IMG/VR virus record: IMGVR_UViG_2775507163_000001
Coordinates: 2,155-66,154 of that record
DNA length: 64,000 bases
Strand: one strand, 5' to 3'
From: a virus
Both the position numbers and the translations under genes were made by a program. Each line of letters opens with the position of its first letter. Position 1 is the stretch's first letter. The notes beneath the pieces are model-generated. The model was not told the DNA's origin. It did not search any database and saw only the letters and a list, made by a program, of their open reading frames with translations. This document shows, piece by piece, positions 56,280 to 64,000 of this stretch.

Positions 56280-57321
56280 GGATAAAACGCCCGACTTAAT
56301 TCACGGATCAATGCTTGAGAACGTGGACCCCGCGATTGACATGCGGGAAGGCTCGGTCGTACACGATTTAACGAAGCCGGCAGCCATCGAGATTGCGAAC
56401 GCTTATATCGAATTGGATGCGGTGCTGGCGCTAGGATTTGCGGAGACATCCGAAGGCGAATACCTCGATATGAGGGCGAGCGAGCACGGAGTCACACGTA
56501 AAGCGGCGGTAAAGGCGCAAGGCTCCGTTACATTGACCGGTCCTGACGGCGAAGTTGTTCCTTCCGGAACGCGGTTGCAGACTGAGTCGGAGGTGTTCTT
56601 TGTAACGCTTGCAGACGTAACACTAACGGGAGGTACGGCAACAGTCAACGCAGAAGCGGAAGAAGCCGGACTTGCGGGCAACGTGGCGGCTGGAACCATC
56701 ACAGCGCTAGCACCTGGTGATTTATACGGAATTGTATCGGTAACAAACGCTCTCGTATTCGATGGGGGCGCCGATGCTGAAGACGACGAGGCGCTATTAG
56801 CGCGCTTGCTAGACCGTGTACGAAAGCCGGCAACGTCAGGCAACGCGGCACACTATAAGCAATGGGCGCTAGAAGTGGCGGGTGTTGGGGATGCGAAAGT
56901 CTATCCGGTTTGGAATGGCGGAGGCACCGTCAAAGTCGTCCTACTTGATACGGAAAAGACAGCGCCGGCACCGTCGGTCGTAACGGCGGCAACGGATTAT
57001 ATCGAATCTCAGCGTCCAATTGGCGTAACACTTACCGTGGTCGGCGCGACTGAGTTGGCGATTAATGTGGCGGCTACAATGACGCTTGCTTCGGGCGCAG
57101 ACATTGCGGATGTGCAAGCGCAGTTTACCGAGTCACTTGCGGACTACTTAAAGTCGGTCGCTTTCACTGGCGAGCAAATCCGTTATACGCGAATCGCAAA
57201 CTTGCTAATCGACGTGCCTGGCGTAATTGACTACGCAAGCCTGACCGTTAACGGAGGGACGGCGAACATCCTGCCTACCGATGAGCAAGTCGGTGTGGTC
57301 GGGAGTGTGACGCTGACATGA
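56269..57321 (+). CDS. baseplate J-like protein (XkdT-like)
   Basis: DMREGS, GEYLD, SGNAAHYKQWA, GGGTVKV, RPIG. Confidence 0.9.
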   Translation: MAYEDKTPDLIHGSMLENVDPAIDMREGSVVHDLTKPAAIEIANAYIELDAVLALGFAETSEGEYLDMRASEHGVTRKAAVKAQGSVTLTGPDGEVVPSGTRLQTESEVFFVTLADVTLTGGTATVNAEAEEAGLAGNVAAGTITALAPGDLYGIVSVTNALVFDGGADAEDDEALLARLLDRVRKPATSGNAAHYKQWALEVAGVGDAKVYPVWNGGGTVKVVLLDTEKTAPAPSVVTAATDYIESQRPIGVTLTVVGATELAINVAATMTLASGADIADVQAQFTESLADYLKSVAFTGEQIRYTRIANLLIDVPGVIDYASLTVNGGTANILPTDEQVGVVGSVTLT

Positions 57322-57947
57322 TCGAATATTTACCGAGATTTTACGAAGATATACGAGAGGCTCGCGCCATCATCGACTCAGACTCCGATGCAGTATCCGA
57401 GCTGAATGTCGCTATTGGCGATGTACTCGACCAGTTTCACGTAGATAGAGCGACATGGGGACTCGAAATATGGGAGCGCCTCGTCGGACTGCCTAGCGCG
57501 GCAAAATACACGATTTGGGATTCGATGAAGAATCAGAGCGTCCTATTCGATACGCTCGAGTTTAAAACGTGGGACTTGATAGAGCGCTCTTATACGTCGA
57601 GTTTGGACGAAAGGCGGGCGGCTGTCAAGTCGAGACTGCGCGGAACCGGAACCGTTACGAAAGATATGCTTAAGAGCGTGTGCGCATCCTACACGGGCGG
57701 AACAGTGGATATTAACGAGTTTGCCAGTGAGTACCGTGTTCAAATCGTATTTACCGATATTGCGGGCGTGCCGATTAACATGGATGCGCTTCAGGCGGTA
57801 GTGCGCGACATTATGCCGGCCCATTTAGAAATCGAGTACGTGTATCGCTACTTACGCTGGACCGAATTAGACGGTTATGCGTGGTCATGGGATACGCTAG
57901 ACGGTAAATCGTATACATGGGACGAATTTAGTGAAGCGATTCAATAG
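57318..57947 (+). CDS. XkdU/YmfQ (DUF2313)-like baseplate protein
   Basis: YLPRFY, ATWGLEIWE, RGTGTVT, MPAHL. Confidence 0.85.
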   Translation: MIEYLPRFYEDIREARAIIDSDSDAVSELNVAIGDVLDQFHVDRATWGLEIWERLVGLPSAAKYTIWDSMKNQSVLFDTLEFKTWDLIERSYTSSLDERRAAVKSRLRGTGTVTKDMLKSVCASYTGGTVDINEFASEYRVQIVFTDIAGVPINMDALQAVVRDIMPAHLEIEYVYRYLRWTELDGYAWSWDTLDGKSYTWDEFSEAIQ

Positions 57948-57961
57948 GAGGTGTGCTTTGA

Positions 57962-59437
57962 TTGGCGACAAATAAAACGGATTATTTAAAATTGAACGAT
58001 TGGGTTGGTTCTGACCCGTTCAGACGTGAAGAAATTAACGCGAATTTTCGCACATTGGACGCAAAGGCGAAAGAACATGAGGATAGTATTGGCGATTTAA
58101 CTACGTTGCAGACTACCGATAAGAGTAGTTTAGTTAAAGCTGTCAACGAGAATACGTCGTCTTTGGCGGAAAAGGCGAATCAAAAGACAAACGTATTTAA
58201 TAAGAAAACATTTGGTACTTTTGGAAATGCTGCTGTACTATCCTCAATGGGAAATGAACCAAGCGATAACCCAAAACCACAGGTGCTAGGCCTTACAACT
58301 ACCCAACAGGCATCGACATATTCAAATAGGGATAGTGTTGCTTTTTACAATTCAAATAGGAGTAAAAACCCAACATTTACGACTAACACCGGAACAATTA
58401 CCTATGCTAGTTTGAGTGTTCAATTTACAGGAGATGCTACGAATTTATCTAAAGTAGTATCAGGAATGTTAATTGATACCCTTCACACTCCTAACCATTG
58501 GGCATCTATTGTTGATTATGTAGACGTTGCAAATAAAACCATTTATATAAAAGATGGTTGGTACTTAGTTCAAGATGGAGGAAGTGCTACACCGTCATTA
58601 CCACCGAATAATATAGGGTTTGATGTTGATTTACTAACTAGGGTGTGGGGTATTAACAATAATGTGTTTTTGTTTGCGGAGGATAAAACAAACTCAGCCG
58701 TTGCAGAAGAAATAGGGTTGTTCAACAATGTTACGGATGGTGCAACCGAAGGAATTGATGTAGTAAACTTTGAGAATAAATCAAATTACGGTGTTCGTGT
58801 TCGTCATAAGGATAGCGAACCGGGGGTAATTGGTTTTTCTGATGGATTTGTTGCCCAAGATACGGATAGTGCCTTTACCTTTATTGCTGATTACTCGACA
58901 CAGTTTTTAACGAAATCTGTCTATAACGGTAATTCAAGTACAGATGGTTTTCAATTAACAGCAGAAGGCAAACAAAACAAAGTGAGATTGTTTGCGACGG
59001 TTTATACGAACGGACAAAACGTAATAAGCTCGACTACAAATAAAATGATTATTCTTAACAAGACAGTTGTGGAAACATTTACGATCCCTACACCCGTTGG
59101 GCGGTCAGGTGAAATTTTGTTTGTCTTGAATCAAGGTACGGTGAATGCTGATTTAAACGTGACGGATGGGAAAAACATTGTTTATGACTCTAGGGTTTTA
59201 ACGGCTGTTACGATTGTTTCTAAGAACAACGCTATTTTAGTTAGTGATGGTAATAGTTGGATTGTTGTTTCTGGTTTAATGGACAGACGACCTGTAAACG
59301 CTCGTACTGGTACAGCAGCACCAACTGTAAACGCTGATTATGTTGGTCAAGTATACGTTGATACTACGAATAAAATCAGTTACATGGCTGTAGCAACAGG
59401 AACAGGTGCAACCGATTGGAAACAAATCACCAACTAA
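57962..59437 (+). CDS. tail fibre / receptor-binding protein
   Basis: TDYLKLNDW..D....EEINANFRTLD attachment N-terminus; AT-rich beta-rich body. Confidence 0.8.
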   Translation: MATNKTDYLKLNDWVGSDPFRREEINANFRTLDAKAKEHEDSIGDLTTLQTTDKSSLVKAVNENTSSLAEKANQKTNVFNKKTFGTFGNAAVLSSMGNEPSDNPKPQVLGLTTTQQASTYSNRDSVAFYNSNRSKNPTFTTNTGTITYASLSVQFTGDATNLSKVVSGMLIDTLHTPNHWASIVDYVDVANKTIYIKDGWYLVQDGGSATPSLPPNNIGFDVDLLTRVWGINNNVFLFAEDKTNSAVAEEIGLFNNVTDGATEGIDVVNFENKSNYGVRVRHKDSEPGVIGFSDGFVAQDTDSAFTFIADYSTQFLTKSVYNGNSSTDGFQLTAEGKQNKVRLFATVYTNGQNVISSTTNKMIILNKTVVETFTIPTPVGRSGEILFVLNQGTVNADLNVTDGKNIVYDSRVLTAVTIVSKNNAILVSDGNSWIVVSGLMDRRPVNARTGTAAPTVNADYVGQVYVDTTNKISYMAVATGTGATDWKQITN

Positions 59438-59524
59438 TTCGGACTTGGATGAAAAAGCGTCGTAAGTAATATTAGATTAAGAGCCCATCGCGGCTCTTTT
59501 TCACTTTAGAAAGGAGCGGATCAC

Positions 59525-60103
59525 ATGCCGGATTTAACTCCGCGAATAGGAATTAAGAAACCTCTCGGCAATGAAAACGTATCACGCGCATCATTTAACG
59601 AAAACTGGGACATTCTTGACGCGAAAGTAGCTACGAATGCTTTCTCGAGTGTAGCCGGAAAAACAGGCGGAAGCTTATCGACAGTTGTTGCGGATAGCCC
59701 ATCGGACACATTGACGATTGAAGGGCTCGCGCCTATCCAAGTTTCGGCGGATGTAAACACGGATACTATCACCGTAAGTTTAGAAACGCCAACGCCGGTA
59801 AATTTAACGTTACAGAATGGCACAACGGTTTATTCAGACAGAACGCCGAGGTATATAAAGGACGGCTACGCAGTTGAGCTTGACGGGGCTGTTATTGCAA
59901 CGGGCGGAGGCGTTACCCTCGCGACATTGCCCGCCGGTTATAGGCCTCCGAAAACTCAGATTTTCAAGGTGGCGCAAAACTGGTCCGCCACAAACGATGG
60001 CGCAACCATCTACGTTAATCCAGACGGAACCGTGATTCTCCTAGTAGCGGCTAGTTATGCGCAAGCCATTTCTTTATGCGGTATCCGATTCTACACAATC
60101 TAG
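59525..60103 (+). CDS. second tail fibre-like protein
   Basis: TPRIGIKKP...FNENWDILD N-terminus; TLPAGYRP C-terminal domain. Confidence 0.75.
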   Translation: MPDLTPRIGIKKPLGNENVSRASFNENWDILDAKVATNAFSSVAGKTGGSLSTVVADSPSDTLTIEGLAPIQVSADVNTDTITVSLETPTPVNLTLQNGTTVYSDRTPRYIKDGYAVELDGAVIATGGGVTLATLPAGYRPPKTQIFKVAQNWSATNDGATIYVNPDGTVILLVAASYAQAISLCGIRFYTI

Positions 60104-60112
60104 TACGAAAGG

Positions 60113-60367
60113 GTGTTATCAGTGAAACAAGTTTACAAGTATGATAGCGCAGGCAAATACGTCGAGCCCGTACTAATCGCAGACGGGGCGCCAATCCCGG
60201 CAAACTGCACGGACAAACCGCTCCCACAACCGAACTGGAAGCCGGTACTCAAGAACGGCGCATGGGTCGAAACAGGCACGCCTCCATCCGCACCAACACC
60301 GAAGCCGACCGTCGAGCAAGAGATTGCGGATTTATGGTATGCGGTCATGATGGGAGGGGTTGCGTAA
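60113..60367 (+). CDS. tail fibre assembly-like protein
   Basis: VYKYD..GKYV, PQPNWKPV. Confidence 0.65.
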   Translation: MLSVKQVYKYDSAGKYVEPVLIADGAPIPANCTDKPLPQPNWKPVLKNGAWVETGTPPSAPTPKPTVEQEIADLWYAVMMGGVA

Positions 60368-60508
60368 ATGCTAACGTATGAACGAATCAAACGGTTTTAT
60401 GACGGAGGTTACTGGACGAAGTCAATGGTGGGCGACGCGGTGGTTAAAGGAGTTATTACGCCGGCACAATACGAACAAATTACCGGAGAGCCTTACGTAG
60501 CTTCGTAG
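60368..60508 (+). CDS. XkdX-family protein
   Basis: MLTYERIKRFYDGGYWTKSMVGDAVVKGVITPAQYEQITGEPY. Confidence 0.85.
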   Translation: MLTYERIKRFYDGGYWTKSMVGDAVVKGVITPAQYEQITGEPYVAS

Positions 60509-60533
60509 GTTCTCTTAGATGGGAGGCGCAACG

Positions 60534-60788
60534 ATGGGCGAACCAATAAGCCGGGACATTGCGGAACTGCGCGAATGGCTTGTGCGAATTGATACGAAAA
60601 TGGACTATATGAGCGAAGTTAAGCGAGTGGCAGACGAAGCAGACGCAAAAGCGGACAAAGCGCTGGCAATGTCGGAAGACAATCGCGAGGATATTCGCGA
60701 CATGAAGGCGAATACGAAGTGGGTTTGGGGAACGATGATAGCCGTGCTTGGCTTATTAGCAACGGTGGGCGTAGCGGTTTTCGGATAA
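60534..60788 (+). CDS. XhlA-like hemolysin/holin helper
   Basis: Coiled coil then C-terminal TM (TKWVWGTMIAVLGLL); before the endolysin. Confidence 0.75.
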   Translation: MGEPISRDIAELREWLVRIDTKMDYMSEVKRVADEADAKADKALAMSEDNREDIRDMKANTKWVWGTMIAVLGLLATVGVAVFG

Positions 60789-60889
60789 GACAGTCGGCAA
60801 CCGCAGCCCTTCGTTGGCTACGTTAAAGTTGCGGCGCCGACCTTAGATAGATTGTACCACAAAAAATTAACGGAAGGAAGCGAAATAAT

Positions 60890-61744
60890 ATGGCGTTTGA
60901 AATATTGACAGCCGATCAATTAATCGCACGGTTAAAGGGGCGGAAATACAAATATTCGCAAATCCATCACACTTGGCGTCCTAATCATAGTAATTTCAAC
61001 GGAAAGAATCATCTAGCGTTACAACAAGGGATGTACGACTATCACGTAAAGACTCGCGGCTGGGATAACATCGGTCAGCACGTTACGCTTATGCCGGACG
61101 GAACCTTCGTGACAGGGCGTCCGTTCAACCAGACTCCTGCCGGAATTAGCGGATATAATACTGGCGCATTCATGGTCGAGATGCTGGGCGATTTTGACAA
61201 AGGAAAGGATAAATTAGAAGGCGCTCAACTTGACGCTATGTTAGCGCTACAGCATTTCCTAACGACAGAATGCGGAGCAAAGATTATGTTTCACCGTGAG
61301 CATGCGCCGAAAACGTGCCCAGGGACCGGACTTGACAAAGATGCGTTTCTGAAGCAAGTCGCTAACTATGGCGATAAACCTGGAAAGGCGTCAACTCAGT
61401 CCGTGTTGAAGCTTGGCGACAAGGGGGCGGACGTGAAGAAGTTGCAGGAAAATCTGCTGAAGGTCGGCGAGAAACTTCCGAAGTTTGGTGCGGACGGAGA
61501 CTTCGGGCAGGAAACGGTCGACGCGGTCAAATCATTCCAATCCCGAAACAAGTTAACGGTTGATGGCGTAGTAGGCGCGAAGACAAAAGCGAAGTTAGAC
61601 GAAGCGGTAAAGCCAGCGCCGAAACCGACCGTCCGAGTCAACGTGATTACCGGATGGTATAACGAAGGGTCCAAGGGGCTAGCGGAACTAGAAGCGTTTT
61701 TGAAATCGAAGGGCTGGCATTATCGTAAAGAGGAGGCGAAGTAA
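60890..61744 (+). CDS. endolysin, N-acetylmuramoyl-L-alanine amidase with PG-binding domain
   Basis: QIHHTW, GWDNIGQH, FHRE..KTCPG, LKLGDKGADV..LQ...DGDFG. Confidence 0.9.
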   Translation: MAFEILTADQLIARLKGRKYKYSQIHHTWRPNHSNFNGKNHLALQQGMYDYHVKTRGWDNIGQHVTLMPDGTFVTGRPFNQTPAGISGYNTGAFMVEMLGDFDKGKDKLEGAQLDAMLALQHFLTTECGAKIMFHREHAPKTCPGTGLDKDAFLKQVANYGDKPGKASTQSVLKLGDKGADVKKLQENLLKVGEKLPKFGADGDFGQETVDAVKSFQSRNKLTVDGVVGAKTKAKLDEAVKPAPKPTVRVNVITGWYNEGSKGLAELEAFLKSKGWHYRKEEAK

Positions 61745-61745
61745 C

Positions 61746-61934
61746 ATGAAACGGTTTAAGAACTACGGCTTATGGCTTGCGGTGGCATCGCTCGGCTTAA
61801 TCGTAGCGCAGGCATTCGGGCTAAATTTCGCAGAAGATAAATATAACGAAGTGGTTAACGCTGTGCTGACGGTGCTCGTGTTAGCGGGGGTCGTGAATAA
61901 TCCGACGAGCGGTACCGGATTTAAGGATAAATAA
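61746..61934 (+). CDS. holin
   Basis: Two TM segments, GVVNNPTSG. Confidence 0.85.
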   Translation: MKRFKNYGLWLAVASLGLIVAQAFGLNFAEDKYNEVVNAVLTVLVLAGVVNNPTSGTGFKDK

Positions 61935-61938
61935 TACC

Positions 61939-61963
61939 GGCGGTCCTGACGGGCTGCCTTTTT
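61939..61963 (+). terminator. intrinsic terminator after the holin
   Basis: GGCGGTCC-TGAC-GGGCTGCC-TTTTT. Confidence 0.75.
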
Positions 61964-61983
61964 ATTTTGCGGAGGTGAAATAA

Positions 61984-62388
61984 TTGGCGTTCCAACAATA
62001 CATCGATTTCAGCGTTTCATTAGACAGCATCGTGCAAGGAAATAACGGAAGTATTTTGCGCTTTACCGTACTTCGTAATAAGGCGACAGTTTCAATCCAG
62101 GACGCTACCGTCAGTGTTGCGATTAAGCAAGGCGCAACTTTAGCAGTAAAACAAGCGTCTATTACTGACGCGGTGAGCGGTAAATGCGAAGTTACATTAA
62201 ATAAAGCGGACTTAACCACGCCGGGCCTTTACTTTTTCCAGCCGACAGTTACGTATGCGGATGGTGATGAGTTTTCCGGTGATGTTCAGCGCTTTAAAGT
62301 TACGGGTAAATTGACGGGAGTTCCTCCGGTTGACGGCGGAGGCACCGGCGATATAACGGTTTCTATAGACGGAGGCGATCTTGGTTGA
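61984..62388 (+). CDS. BppU-like fibre/baseplate attachment domain protein
   Basis: ILRFTV, GKCEVTL...DLTTPG.Y; GGAGGTG RBS. Confidence 0.6.
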   Translation: MAFQQYIDFSVSLDSIVQGNNGSILRFTVLRNKATVSIQDATVSVAIKQGATLAVKQASITDAVSGKCEVTLNKADLTTPGLYFFQPTVTYADGDEFSGDVQRFKVTGKLTGVPPVDGGGTGDITVSIDGGDLG

Positions 62389-64000
62389 CGAATATACGAA
62401 TAGATAAGATTCAGATAAAGCGAGGGAAGGTCGCAAACTTGCCGACTTTAGATGACGGCGAGTTATTCTACGCCTACGATACGAAAGAGCATTATCTCGG
62501 AATGGGCGGAGTAAATCAACTAATCAGCAAGGATTTTGCCTCTCTTAATCAGCATTACGAGGGCGTTTTATCGAGGTTCGGCATTAATTCGAACGGTAAG
62601 TTAACGATTGATAGCGTGGAGTTTGCGGGTGGTGGCGCTGGTTCCTTAGTTTATAATACATTGGCTGATTTACAAACGGCATATCCTAACGGAACAACTC
62701 AACCCGCTTGGATCGTAGCGGATAATAGTTGGTATTATTGGAGTGGCACCGTAACACCTCCAGCAGATACGACAGCGCCAGAATTAACGATCACGGCTGG
62801 CGGAACATTTACCGGCACTAAGTCCGTTACGATGAGCGCTAACGAGACGGCGACCATTTATTACACTCTTGACGGCTCAACTCCTACAACAAGCAGTGCG
62901 GTATATACAACGCCGCTATCTATTAGCGCAACGACTACGCTCAAGGCATTCGCGAAAGATACTGCCGGAAATTCAAGCGCCGTTCAGTCTGTTACTTACA
63001 CGCTTGATGCAACGCCACCAGCGGACACAACGGCGCCTAGTAACGTCACAAACCTTGCGTATAGCAACGTGACACAGACCGGATTAACTTTAACATGGAC
63101 GGCTTCAGCGAGCTCTGACGTGGCATCTTATGATGTATATAACGGCTCGACGTTATTAGCGAATGTCACCGGAACGACTTATAACGTGAGTGGATTGACG
63201 GCTTCAACACAGTACACTTTCGCGGTTAAGGCGAAGGATGCGGCGAATAACGTTGCGAGTGGTACTTCTGTAACGGTGACTACTTCGGCTCCAGCGGATA
63301 CCACTGCGCCAGTGTTAACGATAACACCTGCGGCAACATTTACGGACACTCAAACGGTGGTAATGAGTACAAATGAAACGGCTACAATTTGGTATACGTT
63401 GGATGATACCGACCCAACATCAAGCGGAACAAAAGTACAATATACAGCGTCATTAACATTAACGGCGACCGATACCATCAAGGCATACGCAGTGGATAGC
63501 GCCAATAATGCAAGTGCGGTTCAGACGGTTACGTATACAAAACAAAATTTAAGCGCCGCAGTAATTTATCCTGAAAATAATTATTTGGTAATGCCGGTAA
63601 ATCAATTTACTTACGGGTCTTTAAGTGGTTATGACGATGGAACATATAATAGCGTTCCTTCTGTCCAAGCTTTAACCACGATGTTTGACCAAACAGGAGC
63701 GAATCCTATTTATGGTGATGGGCTGCCTTATGTCACCTTTGCTTCAGGAATGGCAGCTTATCCATACGAATGTATGACTATTGGGTCAGGTTCGACAGCA
63801 AACAAGGTAATTATAAGGTTAGCAAAAACGAAAGGGGCAACTGCGGCGGAGTTAGACAGCTATTTGGCGTCATCCAATGCACTTATCAGAATAAAGTTAA
63901 GTGCGACTTATAAAACGTTTAATATTCCATCAAATATATCAACAGTCACAACTAGAACTTCAGGTGTCAATGCGAATTTTGAGTATTTTAAATGCGTATT
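62385..64000 (+). CDS. Ig/FN3-repeat virion fibre protein, 3' partial, absent from the ORF track
   Basis: TTG 62385 open to the window end; IQIKRG...LPTLDDGE N-terminus, two TIYYTLDG/TIWYTLDD Ig-like domains around an FN3 (LTWTAS...YTFAVKAKD). Confidence 0.8.
   Translation, partial: MTNIRIDKIQIKRGKVANLPTLDDGELFYAYDTKEHYLGMGGVNQLISKDFASLNQHYEGVLSRFGINSNGKLTIDSVEFAGGGAGSLVYNTLADLQTAYPNGTTQPAWIVADNSWYYWSGTVTPPADTTAPELTITAGGTFTGTKSVTMSANETATIYYTLDGSTPTTSSAVYTTPLSISATTTLKAFAKDTAGNSSAVQSVTYTLDATPPADTTAPSNVTNLAYSNVTQTGLTLTWTASASSDVASYDVYNGSTLLANVTGTTYNVSGLTASTQYTFAVKAKDAANNVASGTSVTVTTSAPADTTAPVLTITPAATFTDTQTVVMSTNETATIWYTLDDTDPTSSGTKVQYTASLTLTATDTIKAYAVDSANNASAVQTVTYTKQNLSAAVIYPENNYLVMPVNQFTYGSLSGYDDGTYNSVPSVQALTTMFDQTGANPIYGDGLPYVTFASGMAAYPYECMTIGSGSTANKVIIRLAKTKGATAAELDSYLASSNALIRIKLSATYKTFNIPSNISTVTTRTSGVNANFEYFKCV

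Larger units (their letters stand above)
1..64000 (+). mobile_element. Temperate Bacillaceae-type bacteriophage/prophage with contractile tail, incomplete at both ends
   Basis: Continuous phage modules (replication, arbitrium switch, nucleotide metabolism, terminase-portal-capsid, sheath/tube/baseplate, lysis); strong AAGGAGG-type RBSs; no host housekeeping genes. Confidence 0.95.

Noticed and set aside
287-63072. Most short ORF-track entries overlapping larger genes on the opposite strand or another frame, including those in 37387-38234
   Set aside because: No RBS, no recognisable motifs, atypical composition; treated as shadow ORFs
62385-64000. Diversity-generating retroelement target (Mtd-like N-terminus)
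   Set aside because: No reverse transcriptase or TR/VR pair in the window; the gene end lies outside it
1-64000. tRNA, rRNA, integrase or att sites
   Set aside because: No cloverleaf/T-loop signatures or recombinase motifs seen by eye; tRNAscan-SE and flanking sequence would settle it

Overview
The whole window is one temperate Bacillaceae-type myophage or prophage at about 44% GC (eyeball estimate). It has no host genes, tRNAs, CRISPR array or integrase, and both ends cut through phage genes. Gene order: replication (HTH initiator, DnaC-like loader, DnaB, primase); lysis-lysogeny switch (two XRE genes, aimR, an aimP missed by the ORF track, a phage sigma factor); SSB, family A polymerase, exonuclease, RuvC; nucleotide metabolism (nrdJ, phoH, dut, thyX, dNMP kinase); four DNA methyltransferases; a 1.4 kb non-coding region; terminase, portal and capsid; a PBSX/Xkd-like contractile tail; lysis genes; a second fibre module. 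Features hidden from the ORF track: (1) a complete type II hammerhead ribozyme in the ssb leader, with an anti-Shine-Dalgarno element 5' of the cut site that could make ssb translation cleavage-dependent; (2) an arbitrium peptide gene carrying SEKVGG twice, with a candidate operator placed before the sigma factor; (3) two group I introns, one splitting the catalytic Cys codon of nrdJ and an ORF-less one in the tape measure gene next to a free-standing HNH gene; (4) a phage-sigma promoter consensus TGCGCGA-N13-YGCGACATA; (5) candidate antisense promoters against the sigma and xhlA-like genes; (6) a -1 frameshift in the tail chaperone. All protein family calls come from motif recognition by eye, not from database searches.
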